In this document: positions 60,749-64,000 of the stretch, piece by piece
How the letters are laid out: every line of letters begins with the position of its first letter
Numbering within the stretch: the first letter of the stretch is position 1
Source of the DNA: Cyanophora paradoxa CCMP329
Lineage: Eukaryota; Plantae; Glaucophyta
Assembly (NCBI GenBank): GCA_004431415.1
Contig: QPMI01000175.1
Span: 68,174 to 132,173 of the forward strand
Length of the DNA stretch: 64,000 bases
Direction of reading: 5' to 3'
Translations under genes and position numbers: made by a program
The notes under the pieces: generated by a model
What the model was told of the DNA's origin: nothing
What the model saw: the letters and a program-made list of their open reading frames with translations, nothing else
Database searches by the model: none

Positions 60749-63430
60749 TCAGTCGGCCTTGGCGAGGTCGGAGCCGCCGCCGCGGACGTGCCGCTCGGCG
60801 AGCGCGTCGAAGGCCGCCGCCAGCCGCGCCGGCCGCAGGCCCGCCGACGCGTCCCCGTGCCACGCCACCCGCACCTGCCGGCCCCGATCAGGGGGGCCGG
60901 GGGCGGCGGGTGCGCAGGCGCAAAGGGCGCCCACCTCCCCGTTGAGGCTCACGATGCACGCGCTGCGGGGGGTACGCGCGTCGGGCGGGGGCTGCGGGAG
61001 GGGTACGCGCGCGGGGACCTGGAGCCGCCCTCGCAGGGCTGCGGGGAGAGGGCCCAGAGCCCGACGACCTGCGCCGGCTTCGCCCCCCTGCGCCCCGCGC
61101 GTGAGAGGGGGTACGCAAGGCAGGGGAAGGGGGGAAAGGGGCGCACGGGGGGGCGGCGAGGAAGACGGGCCTCGAGGGTCCCTGAGCGGAGGAAACCGGC
61201 TCAGCTGGGCCGGGCCGGGCCTGGGGCCTGGGGGCGGGCGGGCCTGGCAGTTGGTGAGGATCATGGAGCGCTCGGAGAGGAAGAAGCGGTAGACCGCCGC
61301 CAGCACCCAGAGGGGGAGCACGCCCTGCCGCGGGGCACGAGGCGTTGGGGACGAGGGCGGGGTGGGAGGCGCGAGGGGCGGGCCCCGACGCACCAGGGTC
61401 GCCATCTGTGCGCGGCGGGGCGCGGCGGGGAAGAGAAAAGCGGGGCGGGGCGGCGGGTCAGCTCGAGGCCGGCGGCGGCGGCGGCGGCGGCCGAGGCGGA
61501 GGCGGGGAGCGAGGGGGGGCCGCACGATGCGCCAGTCCTGCGGCAGGCGCGGCGTCGGGCGCCGCGCGCGGTGCGGGCGGCAGTGCGCGGGGCGGGGCGC
61601 GGGGCGGGGCGGGGCGGACGACGAGGGGCTCGAGGGAGCGCTTGGCGCGGCGGAGCTGCGAGGCCACGCGCCCCACCCGCAGCGCCAGCAGCGGGTCGTG
61701 GCCCAGCTCTGCGCGCCCGGCGGTCAGGCGGGCGGGGCGGGGCGGGGCGGGGCGGGGCGCGGGCGGACCGGGGCCGGAGGGCTCGCCGACGGCGGCGGGG
61801 AGGCGGATGCGGAGGAAGCCGAGGGCGTTGCCGGCGCCGTGCGGGGGCGCCACCAGCCGCCGCACGTCCACCGGCACCTGCGCAGCGCCGCCCCGCCCCT
61901 CGTTCCCCCTCTTTTCTCCCGCGGGGGTCGCGTCGGGTCGCGGGCGGACCTGGCAGAGGGGCCGTTTGGCGCGGTCGCCCTTGCCGGGGGCCTCCGCCGC
62001 CAGCGCCGCCGCGACGAGGCCCGAGACGGCGTCGTTGACGGTGGGCGGGGCGCGCCCCGACCCGAGCCGCCCGTCCCGCGCCGCCGCCTTGATCGCCGAG
62101 AGGGGCACGGGCCGCGAGAGCTGCACGCTCCGCCCCGCCGAGGGCGCCCCCTCGAAGAACGGCGAGGCGCGCGGCTCGCAGAGCAGGCCGGCGCAGCGCC
62201 ACGCGTACGACACTGCGCGCCCGCTCCGTCGGAAGGGGAGGCGAGGGGGAGGGCGCGGGCCGGCGGACCGTGGGCGGCGATCCAGGCGAAGGGGTACGCC
62301 AAAGCGGAGAGGAGGCCACCGGCAGGGGGCGCCCCGCGCGGCTCCGGGGGGGCCGGGTGCACCGCCGAGTGCGCAGGCACCCGCCCCGCCTGCGGGGATC
62401 AGGATCAGGGCCCGGGGGTAGAAGAGTGGACGGGCGGGGGGGCGGGAGCGGGGGAGGGCTACGGAGTCAGGCCCGTGGGCGAGGGGGGCGGCGGCGGGGT
62501 GCGGGGGCGCGGGGGGCCAGCGGTCGAGGAGGCGGGCGGCGAGGGAGGCGAAGAGGCGGGGCCCGACGAGGACGAGGAGGAGCGCCGCGAAGAGCACCGC
62601 GGAGCTCAGCGTGAAGAACAGGCTGCGAGCCCGCCCCCTCAGAGGGGCCGAAGAAGGGCGCGTGGGGGGTGCGGATGCCTTTCGGGGCTGCTGTCGATGA
62701 CGGTGCCGGGGGCGGGAGCGGCGGCGCCGGGGCTGGCGGCGCGGCGGGGTCGGGGGCGGCGCCGCCGTCGGCGCGGCCGTCGAGCCCCAGGGTGGAGGAG
62801 AGGACGCCGAAGCCGCCCATGCCGTCCAGCAGCGCGTGCGACCAGAGGACGATGAGGGCGGCGCGCGGCGGCGCGCGCCCCTCCTTGCCCTCGCCCTCGC
62901 CCTCGGCGCCCCTGAAGGAGACGAGGTGCGCCTCCCACAGGGGCCGGTCCCGCGGCAGCCGCCGCGCGACGAGCTTCGCCGCGTGCGCGTGCAGCGCCTG
63001 CGCGGCCGTCGGCTCAGGCGCCGCGTCGCGGATAAGGGCGGCGCGGGTACCTCCGCCGCGGCCTCGGGTGAGCCTGCGCTGATCTGAATCTGCGTGAGGC
63101 GGTCCGCGACGGAGAAGCTTTCTAACTCGCGCATCGTTGCTCTCCCGAAAGCGGGGATCGGCTGCTCAAGGACCGAGCGAAACCTGCGTACGCGGCGCTC
63201 AGGATTTCTACGGGGCGCCGCGGTTGGGCTGGCGGCGGCTGGCGCGGGCGCCGGCTGGCGCACCCGAGGTGCGAGGCAGCTAATTGATTCAGAATAAACA
63301 GCGCGGTCTTGTGCGGCAGGTCCGTGTCGAGCTCGAGGACAGCGAGCACGTTCATCGGAGGACCGACCGTCTCGAGACCGAGCAGCATCGTGTCCATAGC
63401 CGATAGGACGAGCCGTTTAGTCGCTCCCAT
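60749..63430 (-). CDS. Wax-ester synthase / acyl-CoA:diacylglycerol acyltransferase (WS/DGAT family; multi-exon)
   Basis: N-terminus LSAMDTMLLGLETVGPPMNVLAVLEL, catalytic-type SHALLDGMG, TVNDAV, VPVDVR...GNALG. Confidence 0.8.
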
Positions 63431-63789
63431 CTTGTTGGTGGGGGTACGACTGTACTACACGTTTGTGGGGTACAGTCGTCGGAAAGTGGTTGCAGCAACG
63501 CCGATTGAGCCGCAGCGGCGCCCGGCAGATCGCCAGCAGAGACGCGCATAGCACCCGGCCGCGGGCCCGCGCAGGGACAGTGTGAAGGTCCTCGAGCGTT
63601 ACATTTTCTCCGAGCGGTGCATTGCGTGCAGACGGTGCGCGCATCCCCCGGACCGCTGCAGCATGGCATAGAAGCTATCGCTGCGTCTTCTGATCGTCCA
63701 CAACTGAGCGCGCACGCTGGAACAAAGCTTTAAGTCGCTGACCTGTCGACGGCACATGTACATGTACAGTTGCGGCTGCGGGAGGAGCG

Positions 63790-64000
63790 ATGATTCCATA
63801 CGAGAACAGGACGTATATGGACTATGTCCGCATGCTCTGCAAGGTGCTCAGCGCAATGACGGGAGCACGCGCGCGCGCTGCGACCGGGGGCGCGCAGATC
63901 CGGGGCAGCGTGTACCGCCACATCGCGCTGATCGGGCTGCTATACGCGGGCTGGGGCATCGGCATCAGCTTCATGGCGAAGCGCTTCGGCGATTCCGTCG
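63790..64000 (+). CDS. 5' part of a membrane protein, possibly bestrophin/UPF0187-like (partial)
   Basis: MIPYENRTYMDYVRMLCK / intron / IRGSVYRHIALIGLLYAGWGIGISFM: an MI.Y...RGSV motif followed by a hydrophobic helix. Confidence 0.45.
   Translation, partial: MIPYENRTYMDYVRMLCKVLSAMTGARARAATGGAQIRGSVYRHIALIGLLYAGWGIGISFMAKRFGDSV

Noticed and set aside
39704-63263. Long Arg/Pro/Gly/Ala-rich ORFs (400-900 aa) on both strands
   Set aside because: Stop-codon scarcity in very GC-rich DNA and read-through across short introns. Only the domain-bearing exons were accepted.

Overview
GC-rich, intron-dense eukaryotic (protist/alga-like) DNA in two parts. (1) 1-32970 is one compound rolling-circle transposon locus on the minus strand: nine 0.7-1.6 kb non-autonomous Helitron2-like elements (E1-E9, four sequence subfamilies) lie head-to-tail with a 21.6 kb autonomous element (E10, 11280-32922). 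E10 encodes an apparently intact, 6-intron, ~2,590-codon RepHel protein (HUH Rep plus PIF1 helicase) and carries a 5.1 kb internal tandem duplication. The array looks built by repeated site-specific insertion of each element 16 nt inside the 5' end of a previous copy. The orphaned 16-nt 5' stubs (TCAGGCGAAGCCTCTT; clusters of 1, 4, 2 and 4) pair with the stub-less element bodies like nested brackets. (2) 32971-64000 is host gene space: a hAT-like MITE, RWP-RK factor, Kelch-BTB, EF-hand, F-box/LRR, WW+IQ, an unknown protein, cytochrome b5-b5 reductase fusion, WS/DGAT and the start of a bestrophin-like gene. It also holds a 1.77 kb IS3EU-like TIR element whose deleted middle is replaced by near-exact copies of two neighbouring genes 8-10 kb away. 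Host gene boundaries are approximate because exons were inferred by eye.
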